A stretch of 64,000 nt of DNA from Eledone cirrhosa (Eukaryota). Positions 40,215 to 55,990 of the stretch are shown in pieces; positions within the stretch are counted from its first letter, which is position 1, and each line of letters starts with the position of its first letter. Where the stretch lies: NCBI GenBank assembly GCA_964016885.1, contig CAXHJY010000503.1, forward strand, positions 29,290 to 93,289, read 5' to 3'. A program made the translations under genes and the position numbers. A model generated the notes under the pieces. The model was not told the origin of the DNA and did not search any database. It saw only the letters and a list, made by a program, of their open reading frames with translations.

Positions 40215-40780
40215 ATTTAGGCACAAGGACTGAAAATTTTGGGGAACAGTATATTTGATTACAATCAACCCCTGTACTTGATTGTTACTTCTTTATTTCA
40301 TTGATCTTGGAAGGATGAAAGACACAGTTGATCTCTGAATCTAAAGAGCCAGAACAAATATTATTTCTACTTTTGGCACAAGGCCAGAAAATATCCCAGT
40401 GCATTACTGGTACTTTATTTTATCGACTCCGTAAGGATGAAAGGCAAAGTTAACCTCGGAGGATTTGAAATCAGACCGTAAAGGGGCGTAACTCTATGCT
40501 GCAAAGCATGGTGTCCGACCTTCTACCGATACTGCCAATCCAAATATTGCAATGTCATTTTATCCGACGCTCTACTAATTATGCCAATTCATCACCTCTT
40601 CCATTATTGAATATTGATTTCTAATTTTGGCACAAGACCAGCAAATTTAAGGGAAGAGTAAAGTTGATTAAGATCAACCATTGTACTTGACTGGGACTTT
40701 ATTTTATTGACCTCGACAGGACTTGAACTCAGATTATAAATAACCAGAACAAATTCGACACTCTGCCAATTCTGATAATC
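40215..40780 (-). mobile_element. Nested minus-strand SINEs in the Ptf1a intron
   Basis: A young copy at ~40362-40541, flanked by a CAAATATT direct repeat, sits inside an older copy. Another diverged copy lies at ~40615-40780. Confidence 0.7.
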
Positions 40781-41311
40781 CACCTCTCTGATATGTGTCA
40801 ATATTGAAACATCTTTAAATGATCAAATGTTTTTGTTTATTCCTGCGTTGTTTTGTAACAGTTTTGCATATATAAATGGGCTGTGTTAACAATAATAAAG
40901 AAAATAATTGTGTTTGAGGATTGGCAGAAAGGTTTGAGCGGGGCTCTTAATGATTTCACATCAACTCCTGTCGAGTTCACCTTTGTTTCCATCATTCCAG
41001 GTTCAGTAAAATAGTTTCTGATTTAGGCACAAGGCCAGCAATTTTTTGGGGGGTAGCGGGGAACAGGTTCGATAAAATAAGTACCAGTCATGTGATGGTG
41101 TTGAGATAATCGACTGCAAATATTCCTTCAAAATATATAAAAATATTCTGACCTTGCGGGTTATTTTGGAAACAGTTTAAGGCGGAAGATTAGCAAGATG
41201 GCTCGAGCGCTGCAAATTTCGAATCTCAACTTAGTTTTACTTAACTCTTCATTTTGCCAAGACTCGTAAATAATGTATCCCGGTGTCATACAGTTGGTTC
41301 AGTTAACTACA

Positions 41312-41467
<156 letters not shown>

Positions 41468-41604
41468 TACATTTTTGGGATTGTGTTAATATAAGTGATT
41501 ATTGTTGGTATCCTTCCGAGGTCTAAAATGTAAAGTACCAGTTAAGTACTGGAACTTTCCCTTCCAGCCGCAAACTGCTGGTCTTGTGCCAAATTAGAAA
41601 ACAT

Positions 41605-41972
41605 TGGATTGGCACTATCGGTAGAGGGTCGGACGCCATGCTTTGAAGCATAGAGTTACCTCCCTTTATGATCCGAGTTCAAATCTCGCCGAGGTTAACT
41701 TTGCCTTTCATCCTTACAGGGTTGATAAAATAAAGTACCAGTCATACACTGGAATAATTGTTGGCCTTGTGCCAAATGTAAAAACAATTATTATAGGCAG
41801 TTTCGGTAGGGGGTCGGACGCCATGCTTTACAACATAGAGTTACGGCTCTTTACGGTCTGGTTTCAAATCCCGCCTATGTTAACTTGCCATTTAATCCTT
41901 ACGGGGTCGATAAAATAAAACACCAGAAAACACAGGGATAATTGTTGGCCTTGTGCCAAAAGTAGAAACAAT
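41605..41972 (+). mobile_element. Two tandem major-family SINEs
   Basis: Copies at 41605-41792 and 41794-41972. Confidence 0.8.
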
Positions 41973-42621
41973 CCTCAATGATTTTTTTTATTGCTGACCG
42001 GAATCCATTATAGAACGAAATAGTTTAGGAAAAATGAACATGAAGATTCACATTTCATTAACCCTTCTCTAAGACAAATGTTGATAATCTAATTCTATTT
42101 CAGATACCCTGATAGTGTCTCTAAAATAAGGTGATTATTCGTTTCTGGTCAGCCGTCAAACGATCACTTCCAACCTGTCTCAGAGATACAGATAAAAAGG
42201 GTAAAAAAAGCAGCCTTTGTTCTTCGGACAAGGCAATTAACAAACAAAAGAAAAAGAAAGAAGGAAAGAAAAGAATAAAAAAGAAGTTAATGTGTAAATG
42301 TCTGTACAAGTTTAATACATGATTTTACTGGAATTACGCAGTTTGATCTCTGGATGGCATAAAGCTAGATAATGTACAATGAAAAGACAAGACATTCCAG
42401 GAATTTAGTCTGGTTTGGCATTATATATGCGTCGCCATGGCATACATACGTCATTAGGACACTGCGTGTATATATATATATATATATATAAAGTGTGTGT
42501 ATGTGTGTATATATATAAATGTTATGTTTGTGTGTATGTGCATATATATATATACATATACATACTCTTCTACCTGTTCCAGCCATCCGGCTGAGGTAAT
42601 GCCGGGGAAACTCTTACAATT

Positions 42622-42665
<44 letters not shown>

Positions 42666-43114
42666 CTCTTCTCTCTCCTAACTTTACTCTTTCCTTGGTG
42701 AAAGTCTAACGTTCGATACGCAGGGACATTCTTTTTCCTTTTTCCACAACCGTGAAATTAACGAGAAATTAGGTAATTGTGTTTAAAGACAAAACTAAAA
42801 CTGGAATATATAAGAGAACTCAACATTCCAAAGACACATAATTTCTACCATAGGCACAAAGTCATAAATATTGGAACATAAGCATAATGGATTACATCGA
42901 CCCCAGATGAAGGGAGGACAGGCTATGTTCATTCTGGCAAGATTTATACAAAGTATGTAGGGACTTAACCATAGGCCACAAGGTATTTTCTACGCCACTC
43001 TACTTGGGTATCAATGCAATACCTTACAATGTATTATATTGGAATTATAACAATATCGACATCAGTGATAAATAATTTAACTGTATTTCAAAGCATTAGA
43101 ATAATGACTTAAGA

Positions 43115-43505
<391 letters not shown>

Positions 43506-43737
43506 AAATCTTTTCCTGGGTCCTGTATTTTCGTTGCTCTAGTGGTGCGGCTAGACTGCCGACCGCTATATCTGATTTGCTAAGCTGTCTGAACGTAATG
43601 CTATTACTCTGGGGTCTTTCCTCATCTGAGTGCTCAAGCTACAGACCGATTATGCATATACGCTAGCTTGGCCGTATTCTAAAGCTTCGTCAATGCTGTA
43701 CTAAAATGTATATATATATATTATATATATATATATA

Positions 43738-43890
43738 AAGGGTGTGGTAAGATACCAGGTAGACCATGACGTGTAGCAGAGTACTCAATACTTAGGGTAG
43801 TAGAGTAGGTAATAGGAAAAGAGTCAGGACCACGACGGCTGAGCTCTGTCCAGTTCGGATCAAGCTTAGTTGTCGGGGTCCTGATTCTTT
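43738..43890 (-). mobile_element. Family B copy
   Basis: Tail on the minus strand plus a degenerate fold-back. Further fragments occur at ~17745-17810, ~25088-25197 and ~30395-30522. Confidence 0.6.
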
Positions 43891-43988
43891 ATATATTATA
43901 ATTATTGATACTCTGTTCCAGAGCAGCCAGTGCTCATGTCAGCATATAGAAAGAGAGATTTATTTAATTATGTCTCATATAAAATAAT

Positions 43989-44172
43989 TGTTTCTACTTT
44001 TGGCACAAGGCCAGCAATTACCCAGTGCATTACTGGTACTTTATTTTATCGACGCCGAAAGGATGAAAGGCAAAGTCAACTTCGGCGGGATTTGAAGTCA
44101 GATCGTAAAGGGACGTAACTATGCCGGAAAGCATGGCGTCCAACCCTCTACCGATACTGCCAATCCACCGCC
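43989..44172 (-). mobile_element. Full-length SINE with 20-bp target-site duplication
   Basis: TATGTCTCATATAAAATAAT occurs at 43969-43988 and 44173-44192. Confidence 0.85.
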
Positions 44173-44431
44173 TATGTCTCATATAAAATAATACAACCAA
44201 TTTTCCACGGAATAGTTAGCACCCCAAACACTTAACTGGGATTATACTTAGGTATATCCTAATGTTTGTTGAGTGAGATGGAGTTGGTCAGAGTATCGCT
44301 TAAAGCTTTCTCTGTTAATGTATTAAATATATATATATATATATATGTATAATAATAATAATAATAATAAGAAGAAGAAGATCCTGTTAAGGGTGAAAGC
44401 AGCGATTCTTTGCTTAAACTTTAATCTGTTA

Positions 44432-44489
<58 letters not shown>

Positions 44490-44736
44490 ATGTGTGTGCG
44501 TCATAATTATGAAGTTGTTAGTTCGATTTCCTCTTGCTCCAGTTCACTCAGCTGCAGAAATGTGTTGCGATGTTTCTGGTGCCAAGCTATATCGGCCTTT
44601 GCCTTTCCCTTGGATAACATTGGTGGCGTGGAGAGGGGAAACTGGTATGCATGGGCGACAACAACAACAAAACACCTTGCATGGGCTTGTACCTCAGAGC
44701 AAAACTTACTTGATGTAATCCCATGGTCATTACCTT

Positions 44737-44844
<108 letters not shown>

Positions 44845-45755
44845 GTGTGTGTGTGTGTATTTATCCGCGGATATGAAATGATTCATACCTCTATGAATTA
44901 GTATTATCTATGTTGAGTGCTAAATGTGGATTACACAAGTATTAATTATTTTTCTTGGTATAAATAAATCCCACCTGGATTTTTTAACTTTTTGAACAAG
45001 GAAAATTATATATATATATATCGGTATGTACTCAAATATGTATGTAATCGAATACAAGATGTAGAATAAATGAAGAAGAAATATTACCGATTAATTCTAA
45101 TAATCAATCTATTATCTATTTTCAAATATTTTTCATGTTTTTTATGTCGTTAACCTAGCATTATATTTTATCGGCTGCACTGGTCGTCTGCCAACAGAAG
45201 TTGCCATGTTGGGCTGAGTTTGACATCCACATTCAAGACACGCCAACCTCTAAAATCCCAAACGGGGAATACCATGAAAAACTTGCACCAAATCGGGGAG
45301 AAATGAGGCAAAATGGGGAGATTTTACAAAATGAAAGCTATACACATTTTCACGAGAGAAATCATCTTTCACCCACCTCAAAGTGAGTGAGAGATCTCCC
45401 GTCGGATGAGGAGAGATGACATGTCTGACATGCTCATGTCTGTCGCAATGAAAATATCTATCGATATATTTGTTGCTAAAAAGAATGTCAGAAACTGAAT
45501 AATACAAGAAATATTGTGGTCGCAATCTGTTGACTCATACATAGGTAACAAAACAAACACAAACACATACAGACATACATAGTATTTACGGAGTTAATTT
45601 TGTTTAAATACCAATGAAAGAGTCTTGTGTATATGTTAGAAACCGACTCTCTCTATTGGTGAAAATTTATCAAATAATAAATCAAGAACATACATACGAA
45701 CGTACATACATATATACATACATACGCGCAAACACACGTACCACACACAAATATG

Positions 45756-45808
<53 letters not shown>

Positions 45809-45900
45809 CGTTATTCCGGGTTGAATCGGAGGTAACCACAGTAAGTAAGGTACTCAATACATAGCAGAGTATAACAGTTTTAATAATATTAAAACTATAT
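45809..45900 (-). mobile_element. Family A tail fragment
   Basis: Near-identical to 12357-12434, next to (TA)n. Confidence 0.65.
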
Positions 45901-46029
45901 ATTATATATATATTTACATCCACATTTGTATGTATACATATATATGTGTGTGTGTGTTATATACGTCTATAAATATTGTGAACCAGTTTAAATATTGTAT
46001 GTACGTACGTATGTATCTATATGAATGTC

Positions 46030-46637
46030 AGGTCACCAGTTGGTGCTACTGGTAACATGTATCCCAGTACAACCTGTCTCATGGTCGGGTCGTTGGCGAC
46101 TAAACTGGCAACCCCACCAAGGTTTCCTGGTGAGGAGGGTGACTTTGGACATCCTGCAGGACTAAAAACAAAACCTGTCAAAGCGCAAAGGAGCTCTTAA
46201 GAGTCAATAGCCATCCAAAATCACTGGGAGAGATGACCCCTTAGCCTTTGTCAAGGCAGAATTCTAGGAGAAGGAAAACTCTGATATAACACCTGCAACC
46301 CTGATGGTATCCAATGATGTTGACTTGTTCTTCTTTTTGGTAAATATCATCTTGGTTAAGAGAGTGGGACTGGCTTTGTGCAGTGCCTTTGCTCACTATA
46401 AAAGCTTCACAGCACAGGCATTGCTTTATATCTGGAGATCTCTCTGCACTTGTCATCACATGGTACCATGGGCCCTGCACTATGTGTCAATAATGGTCAC
46501 AAGTGTAGTCTTTGTACCAGAGTTTTCAAGTCGCTGACTGGACTAAAAAGTCACATTCGTTCAGCGCATCGGTAGGGGTTCTCCTACATGGATATAAAGT
46601 AGTGGCCGTACTCGAAAACGAGTTGGCAGCCACCATA
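46030..46637 (+). mobile_element. Non-autonomous retroelement (possibly RTE-related), longer copy
   Basis: 46300-46637 is highly similar to 36686-37021. It ends with a CTCG-AAAA-CGAG hairpin and GCAGCCACCA next to TA-rich sequence. Confidence 0.6.
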
Positions 46638-46688
46638 TGAATAAATATTTATATATATATATTCATGCATGTGTATATATATATATTT

Positions 46689-46723
<35 letters not shown>

Positions 46724-46969
46724 GACGTATGCATAAATACATATATACATATTTACATGCAAATATGCATTCGTGCATATATATATATGCCTCTATATAT
46801 GTATATTTATATATATATTACATATATATATATATATGTATAAATTGATATATATATATATGTATGTATAAATTTATATGTATATCTGGATGCATGTATG
46901 TATGTGGTGTTTACTTAAATATGTGGTGTTACTTAAATATATAAAGAAAACAGGGATCATGTGCGCTTG

Positions 46970-47051
<82 letters not shown>

Positions 47052-47603
47052 CATATATATATATGATTCATATAAAATTGTTTGGTTTAATAAACCATAA
47101 GCGAGAGCAACTTTCTAGATAAGAAATAAGATTTCGCTTCAACCATAGCTTTATACAATATGTATAGAATTACAAGGAATATTGTTAAACAATACATTCA
47201 ATTCTGTTGAATATTGTGTGCATACATACATCATATATGATACTCAACCATATCACATTGCAGAATGTGATAACCGCATATCAAGTCATATAGTTTGCCA
47301 GTTGAACGTTACAATGTTTTGGTTATAACCATTTAACAAAGGAAAACATATTTATAAATACTTATACCTTTATTGTCCCATATAACAAACAGTTCATAGC
47401 AAAATGGATTTCACCAATACTATGTGATATGTATTAGAAATATTTATCGTGAGTTGACACATGTATACACACACACACTCACACACCCCCCTATATATAT
47501 ATATATGATATATATATATATGATATATATATATATGATATATATATATGATATATATATATGATATATATATGATATATATATGATATGATATATATGT
47601 ATA

Positions 47604-47652
<49 letters not shown>

Positions 47653-48200
47653 TATATATATGATTATATATATATATAATCATGGCAGCGATAATGAGGG
47701 ACAGAGACCGCTGGAGAGAACTCGTCCATAGATCTCGGGAATTTTACCCGCCTTAGATATATATATATATATATAGATATATATATATATATCTATATAT
47801 ATATATATGATATATATATATGATATATATATATATATGATATATATATATGATATATATATATATGATATATATATATATATATGATATATATATATGA
47901 TATATATATATGATATATATATATGATATATATATATGATATATATATATATATATATATATGATATATATATATATATATATATGATATATATATAGTA
48001 ATAATAATAAAAGAATACACCGATTCTTTGCTTAAACTTTAATCTGTTATTTTAATAAATATGATATATATATATATGATATATATATATATATATATGA
48101 TAATATATATATATCATATATATCATAAATATATGATATATATGATATATATATATCATATATATCATACATATATGATATATATATGTATGATATATGT

Positions 48201-48420
48201 GAAGGCGTGTGGCTGAGTGGTTAGAGAATTGGGTTCGCAATCTTGAGGTTGTGTGTTCGATTCCTGGACCGGGCGATGCGTTATGTCCTTGAGCAAGACA
48301 CTTTATTTCACGTTGCTTCTTCTACCTGGAGTTGCGACGGATAGATAGTATTAGCAATTGGAAAGACCAACGGAAACATTGTTTCCTCGGTCCGATTTGA
48401 CGAAAGTCGATCGTTCCTTT
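48201..48420 (+). mobile_element. Second SINE family copy
   Basis: Highly similar to 28328-28538. Confidence 0.8.
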
Positions 48421-48612
48421 ATATATATGATATATATATATATATACACACACATATATGATATGATATATATAAATATTGAACCGTCAAGTAGGAAATT
48501 TGAAGAAATTTGTTAAAAAAACAACAAATCTCTACAAATTTCATACTCATAAATATATTATATATATATACGGGGTAACAGATTATTGTTATAGGTAGTC
48601 CACTTAAGTGTA

Positions 48613-48639
<27 letters not shown>

Positions 48640-48646
<7 letters not shown>

Positions 48647-48995
48647 GTGAGGTTTTCTTTTACAAAATGAAAAATAACCTAGGTGTCCTACACGAGTGAA
48701 AGTATAAGGAAAAAAGATGAAATTGAAAATGCAACTGGAGTCTTATTTTTAATAAAATATATATATGTATTTGGTTCCTTTACCGGTTTCGCAGTTCTTC
48801 TGCTTTTCAATAGTAGAGTTGAGATGAAGGGTCTGTGGTTTTTCTCACATCTGGGAGAAAAACCACAAACCCTTCATCTCAACTCTACTATTGAAAAGCA
48901 GAAGAACTGCGAAACCGGTAAAGGAACCAAATAAATATATATATTTTATTAAAAATAAGACTCCAGTTGCATTTTCGATTTCATCTTTTTTCCTT

Positions 48996-48998
<3 letters not shown>
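48640..48998. mobile_element. Family C long fold-back with two hammerheads
   Basis: Inverted arms of ~145 bp (~48703-48847 and ~48855-48998). The + hammerhead is at 48888-48923 and the - hammerhead at ~48778-48813. The tail matches 17541-17668. Confidence 0.75.
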
Positions 48999-49726
<728 letters not shown>

Positions 49727-49729
<3 letters not shown>

Positions 49730-50440
49730 GGAGGGTCATATTTGTGTAATAATATTGCCAGAATTAATAACAGAACACACTCACTGTTTGGTTGGTTTTC
49801 GCTTCTGTGTCTTTTATATCGGTTAATTTAATTTATTCGGTCCTCAATGTTACCGTTGACTGACCAACGGTCAAAAATACAGATACAATATAGACACAAA
49901 CACATATATATAGTCTAACAAAGTTCTTTCGTTGCACATCTGCAACATCGTCAGTGGTGCTATTATGTTTCCTCCCGTTGTACTGTATGCCTACGCCATC
50001 TTTATTTAGTCTGTTTATTTATTTATTTGTTTATTTTTATTTTTTTTTTGTCTTCTCTGCGCATGCGTTTGCGTGTGTGTATAGTGTTTAATGTGTGCTC
50101 GTGTTTGGGTGACTGTGTATTGGTTATTGTATTCTAACTTAGTTTACTAGTGTGTGTTTATATGCGTTTGTTGTTATTGTGCTTGTGTATGTATTTATTT
50201 ATTTATTTATACTTCTCTTAGGTCAGTATTGTTTGTTTGGGTGTTGTTATTCCATTCATTTTTTTTCTGTTTAGCCTTGGCCTTCTAAGTTCTATTTCGC
50301 TGGCCTCTCTGATTTGCCTATCTGTTATTAATTCTGGCAATATTATTACACAAATATGACCCTCCCCAAATATAACAATATTTGTTTCGACACACGATTT
50401 CATATCAAAAACCTCGCCAAACTAATTCATCGCCGTTTTA

Positions 50441-50445
<5 letters not shown>
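49727..50445. mobile_element. Penelope-like non-autonomous element with inverted terminal copy
   Basis: Perfect 48-bp inverted repeat at 49727-49774 / 50321-50368, an internal hammerhead motif and (TA)n on both sides. A related tail fragment lies at ~53603-53625. Confidence 0.6.
49917..49959 (-). ncRNA. Hammerhead ribozyme remnant
   Basis: Minus strand reads CACCA CTGACGA T GTTGCA-GATG-TGCAAC GAAA G-AA-C TT TGTT: intact core, 6-bp stem II, decayed stem I. Confidence 0.6.
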
Positions 50446-50500
<55 letters not shown>

Positions 50501-50659
50501 AAATCGGACTAAAATGTTTTGTTTTCCGTGGTAGAATAAAATAATATACACACAATATAGCTAAGGGAAAATAGAGACTGTTCTGCGTACATACACATAC
50601 GGCAGAACCTTGCGTAATGTAATGAACTGATAAGCACAATATGGTTCTCCTGCAATTAA

Positions 50660-51019
50660 TACTTTCGTGTTCCAAATAATTCGGAGGTGGGAATAAACGG
50701 GGGGTTTGGAAAATCGGTAATTTTTTCTAGTTTGTCTCTGTTGATTTTTTTAATACACCAGAATTAGTCGTTTAGTTTACATATTGAGACTCCAACCCAT
50801 CGTATTTATTTTAAATTATATGTGATTTTTAGTAATGTACTTTTTTTCTCATGCATAATGTTTTTTTAATGTATATATAAAATTAGTTGTCCCAGGAATG
50901 CTACCTCTTACAATAAAATTTCGCCGGAACTAGATTAGCAAAATTTACTAAGTGGGGGTGGGAGAAAAATCTGAAAAACTAATAATCGTTGGGACGCGAT
51001 TATGAGAAACCCGAGAGTA
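50660..51019. mobile_element. MITE, same family as 7782
   Basis: TIRs and shared internal sequence. Confidence 0.75.
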
Positions 51020-52045
51020 GATAAAAATTACCCATAGGTAAAATCTAAAAAAAAAAAAGGAAAAATTGTAAGGGACATAACTCATAAGGGTTCAACCGAG
51101 CGAAAGTTTTGAAAAATGACGATGATTAATATTCGAAAGGCTGTATTCCTCGACCCCGGAGTCATGTTCATGTTCCATCTTGTGCTTCGTTTTCTTTCTT
51201 TTTTTTTCTTTTTTTTTTTCGTTGCAGCCTCTTTTATGCGCCTATCTCTAACGGGTATAGTGTGGTCCACGTTAACATCGTTGTGTTCATGGTTCCTCAA
51301 CCCATCGTGATTAATGCTAGCTTCCCTTCAAACATTGCTATTCTCATTGGTGCCGTAATCCCTGAGGTATGGTATTTATGGTGCGATCTTTTGTCCCTGT
51401 ATTTGAGTGCCGCTTTTTTATATTTCGTCCTGCACGTTGCGTTTTGTGGTTCGAACAGTTATTTGGACTTCTTACATTTCGCGCCATGAGTTTAATTCCC
51501 ACACTTCCATGGTGAAGTTGTGGTTCACCCGATGCGTTTCCTATTTCCTCTGTCTAATTGCAGTTCTATTACCGCTTGTTTTTGTTGTTGTTTTGCGGAT
51601 TGATGCGTTTACCACTAATATCTAATCTGTTGATATGTATCCGAGTCCTTCATACTACTGAGTGTCCTCAAGTCTATTGTTATCTGTACTACCCATCTTG
51701 AGGTTATAACTAATTTTATCTCTATGCGCTGATCTAACTAAAACTATGTTATAACAGTCTGTGTTATCATTGAAAATCTCTTGATTTACCAAACTTCTAG
51801 ATGCTCTGATATATACCAACAGACATATTAACATCAACCACAATGATACTGAAATAATTCATGCCGCTAGGAAGGATAACGCAGATTATTATAACACATA
51901 TTTAGCTAGAGAAGCACGTAGAGGTAAATTAGTTACAAAGCCAAGGTAAATAGATACAGTACATATAACAATAGACTAGAGGACAAACCAATATTACGAA
52001 GGGCTAGGACAAATATCAATAGAGTAGATATTAGTGGTGAACATT

Positions 52046-52234
52046 GGTGGATTGGCAGTATCGGTAGAGGGTCGGACGCCATGCTTTGACGTATAGAGTT
52101 ACGGCCCTTGCCATTCTGAGTTCACATCCCGCCGAGGTTAACTTTGCCTTTCATCCTTACGGGGTCGATAACATAAAGTACCAGTAATGCACTGGGTAAT
52201 TGCTGGCCTTGTGCCAAAAGTAGAAACAATTATT
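52046..52234 (+). mobile_element. tRNA-derived SINE, major family
   Basis: Matches the family consensus. Confidence 0.8.
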
Positions 52235-53113
52235 CATTTAAGAAATTTCTCATATATAAACACACAAATAATCGTACAGAAATATGGAGTAGAAATGGAG
52301 TCCCTAACCAGACCTTCCAGGTTCGCGATCTTGCCCTGCCGTTCGATTAATTATATATATAAATTCTTACATTTAGTCCTTTCTTTTGCAAAACTTTAGA
52401 GCGTAATTTGAGAAAGATTTAGGTTGCTAAGTTAAGCAACTCAAGTAATCCTGCAAAGGCAATTCGTCGGCTCGTATAAGTAGCATTTGTTGTTGTTTTT
52501 CCTAGCCCTGTGCCAACTCTGAGGAGACAAACGAACGATCAATAGGCGAACTCTACATGATCACCTAACCCTTTTCTCGTGTATTGCATTTCTATGTCTA
52601 AATTATCTTTTTTTATTATTGAAGTATGGTATTTTAGAGGATATTTAACGACTATTTCAAGCAGATCGAGCGATCATGTAGATGCTTCCTCTTTGTCTCA
52701 TGTATAACATTATCCAGGATTGTAAGGTATGATTTAAGTGAGAACTGGATGTAAACACTACAAGTTTTAGTGACCACGGAAAAGCTCCTCCGTGGTCCCT
52801 TGTAAGCAGCAGTAATTATCTGCTGTTGATTTTGATTCAGTTGACTACATCCCTCAGCGATATATTAGTCACGCCCACTCTAAATCTGTCTTGTGAAAGG
52901 AAATAATAACTGTGATTATTTTTTTCATACCGACATTCTTCAAAGTTGATGAATTGTCAATTAAAAGACCAGTCCTGTGATAAACAGATATTTAAATTAT
53001 TTAATTTTTTATAATTAATTATATAAATAATGGAAATTCAAGTGGGGAATGGGTAAAGAAGGGCAGATCTGGCTGTATAGGAATGGACTATAAATGCCAT
53101 AAATGAGAAAAAA

Positions 53114-53159
<46 letters not shown>

Positions 53160-53476
53160 AAGGATGGTATGGTAAGAAAAGAATATTTTCTCAATAGAAT
53201 CTAGCATGGGTAGGATATCATTTTTCAATTAAAAGACACTGTCTTATAATGTTTAATTCCCGGTATACTTCGAATGCGTTTCTTAAATCTAAGATGGATT
53301 CGTTCATTTTAAAATTAAATATATATAGTTTATTAATTAAACATTTATTTAATTATTTATTCAAAGTGGTCAAAAATTCAGCAGACTATATCATGGGCGT
53401 AATGGAATGTCCCTGACATTTGCGTAGAGAAAGAATAACACACACACACACACGTGTGTGTGCGCATAGTGTATAT

Positions 53477-53546
<70 letters not shown>

Positions 53547-53618
53547 ATATATATATATGTATATGTATATATATGTATATATATATAACGGCGATCAATT
53601 AAGACCCTCCCCAAGTAT

Positions 53619-53659
<41 letters not shown>

Positions 53660-53713
53660 TGTATGTATATATATATGTATATGTATTTATAGATGTATAT
53701 ATATATGTATATG

Positions 53714-53760
<47 letters not shown>

Positions 53761-54969
53761 ATGTATATATATATATACTATGCACGCACGCACGCACTTG
53801 CACACACACACACACACGCATATATATATATATATATCCGTATGAGAAAATACAAGGGTCCAGTGACAACTACATTATGCTAACTTTGGTAAGGGAATAA
53901 TATATTACTCCCTACAAAGCTTTCGCTCTCTCTCTCTCTCACAGTGTTGATTAACAAATCAGTGGTCAACTGTTGCTATCTATCTATCTATCTAATAAAG
54001 AAATATATCTATCTACCTGTGACAAATAAAGAAATATATCTATCTACCTGCCTGTGTGTCTGACAGATGTAGCTAAATTGGTCAACAATATGAAACAACT
54101 AAGCATAAAATCCCAATAGTTGTCCTAAGTTTTTATAACCTAGGAGCTCAGGATACTGGTCAGTTGAATTTGAATAACAGTCCATGCGCTGACGAAATGG
54201 ATTAATTAATCAATTTATTCAGTTTACTACATATAGCGTTGGATGGCTTGAAATGTGAAGCCCTCTCTTTTTATAAATATAAAACTTTCTCCTCGCTTTC
54301 TTTTCAAATCATCCCAAAACGATGTGTGGTGTATTGTGAATTATGTATGTATGTATGTATGTATGTATGTATGTATGTATGTATGTATGTATGTATGTAT
54401 GTATGTGTGTATGTGTGTATGCATGTATGTATGCATGCATGTATGTATGTATATATAAGTATGCACCATGCAGTATATGTATGTACGTTTATGTACGTAT
54501 ACATACATACATACATACATACATACATACATACATACATACATACATACATACATCAGTACTTGCACATACACTCACACAAGCAATAACGCTGAAACAC
54601 ACTCACACAACCCCATGCACACACATACACACACACGCACACTCACGCACGAACACCACATACACACAAGCATATACATTCATACACACACACGCACACA
54701 CGCACATACACACTACCACACACACAGTAACGCACGAACACCACATACACACAAGCACATACATGCATATACACACACACACACACACCACCACCGCACA
54801 CACACTCACGCACGTCACCACATACACACAAGCACATACACACACACACTCACACACATTTTACATGAATGCTTATATAGTTGTGTGTATATGCACACCA
54901 ATACAGTGTGTAGTTTACACAAAAGACAAATTCATAGCAACAATAACAAGTGCCTAAAGACAGTCAGAC

Positions 54970-54986
54970 CAGCTGAGATGTTCCCA
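54970..54986 (+). promoter_or_regulatory. Candidate PTF1 composite site (E-box + TC-box)
   Basis: CAGCTG-AGATG-TTCCCA: an E-box and an RBPJ/Su(H)-type TC-box about one helical turn apart, in a short unique island within the presumed Ptf1a intron. Confidence 0.35.
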
Positions 54987-55306
54987 AGTTTATATGAGGT
55001 GCGGTGGGGTGTTAGGAGTTGAGTACAGCTAGCAGCGGGAGGGAGGGGGGGACTATAGCGGGTTGACGGTGGTGGTATTAAAGAGTGATGATGATAGTGA
55101 TGATGATGATGTGGTGGTGTGGAGAATATAATGAAGAACGAAGTAGAAGAATGAAGAAGCATGAAGGGGAGGCGTGATAGAACAAAAAATAAAAATGTAG
55201 TAATGGAGGTGGTGGTGGTGGTGGTAGCGGTAGTAGTAGTGGTGGTGGGGGTGGTAGTACTAGTAGTAGTAGTAGCAGCAGCAGCAGTAGTAGTAGTAGT
55301 AGTAGC

Positions 55307-55338
<32 letters not shown>

Positions 55339-55707
55339 CAGCAGCAGTAGTAGTAGTAGTAGTAGTAGTAGTAAGAATGAAGAAATGAAATCAGGAAAAT
55401 CAATGCGTGCAAAGTGAAAACACACAAAAACACGCATACACACACGCACACACACACACACACATATATATATATACATATACACACACCCACACATACA
55501 CACATATATATATATGTATATAATACAAGCACATACATATATACACCCACAGACAGACACACACATATATATATATATATACATATTGACATAATGTAAA
55601 CTAGAAACATCAAACAAGAAAACAACAACGAAAATAAACAAAAGAAGCCATTAAAAACAGTAACTACATAACTAGATGGATATTATCGATTATTCATGTC
55701 AGGTTTT

Positions 55708-55792
<85 letters not shown>

Positions 55793-55912
55793 TAGTAGTA
55801 GTAGTTGTTGTTGTTATAGTAGTAGTAGTTGTTGTTGTTATAGTAGTAGTAGTAGTAGTTATTGTTATAGTAGTAGTAGTAGTAGTTGTTGTTATAGTAG
55901 TAGTAGTAGTAG

Positions 55913-55990
<78 letters not shown>

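Noticed and set aside
42094-42130. Acceptor-like TTTCAG at 42103, and similar sites at 40077, 52505, 53944, 56975 and 61993, as Ptf1a exon 2
   Set aside because: Phase-1 translations stop early or lack the HSLSW and WTP motifs.
46030-46120. Possible HDV-like ribozyme at the 5' end of the RTE-like element
   Set aside because: I could not build the nested double pseudoknot by eye.
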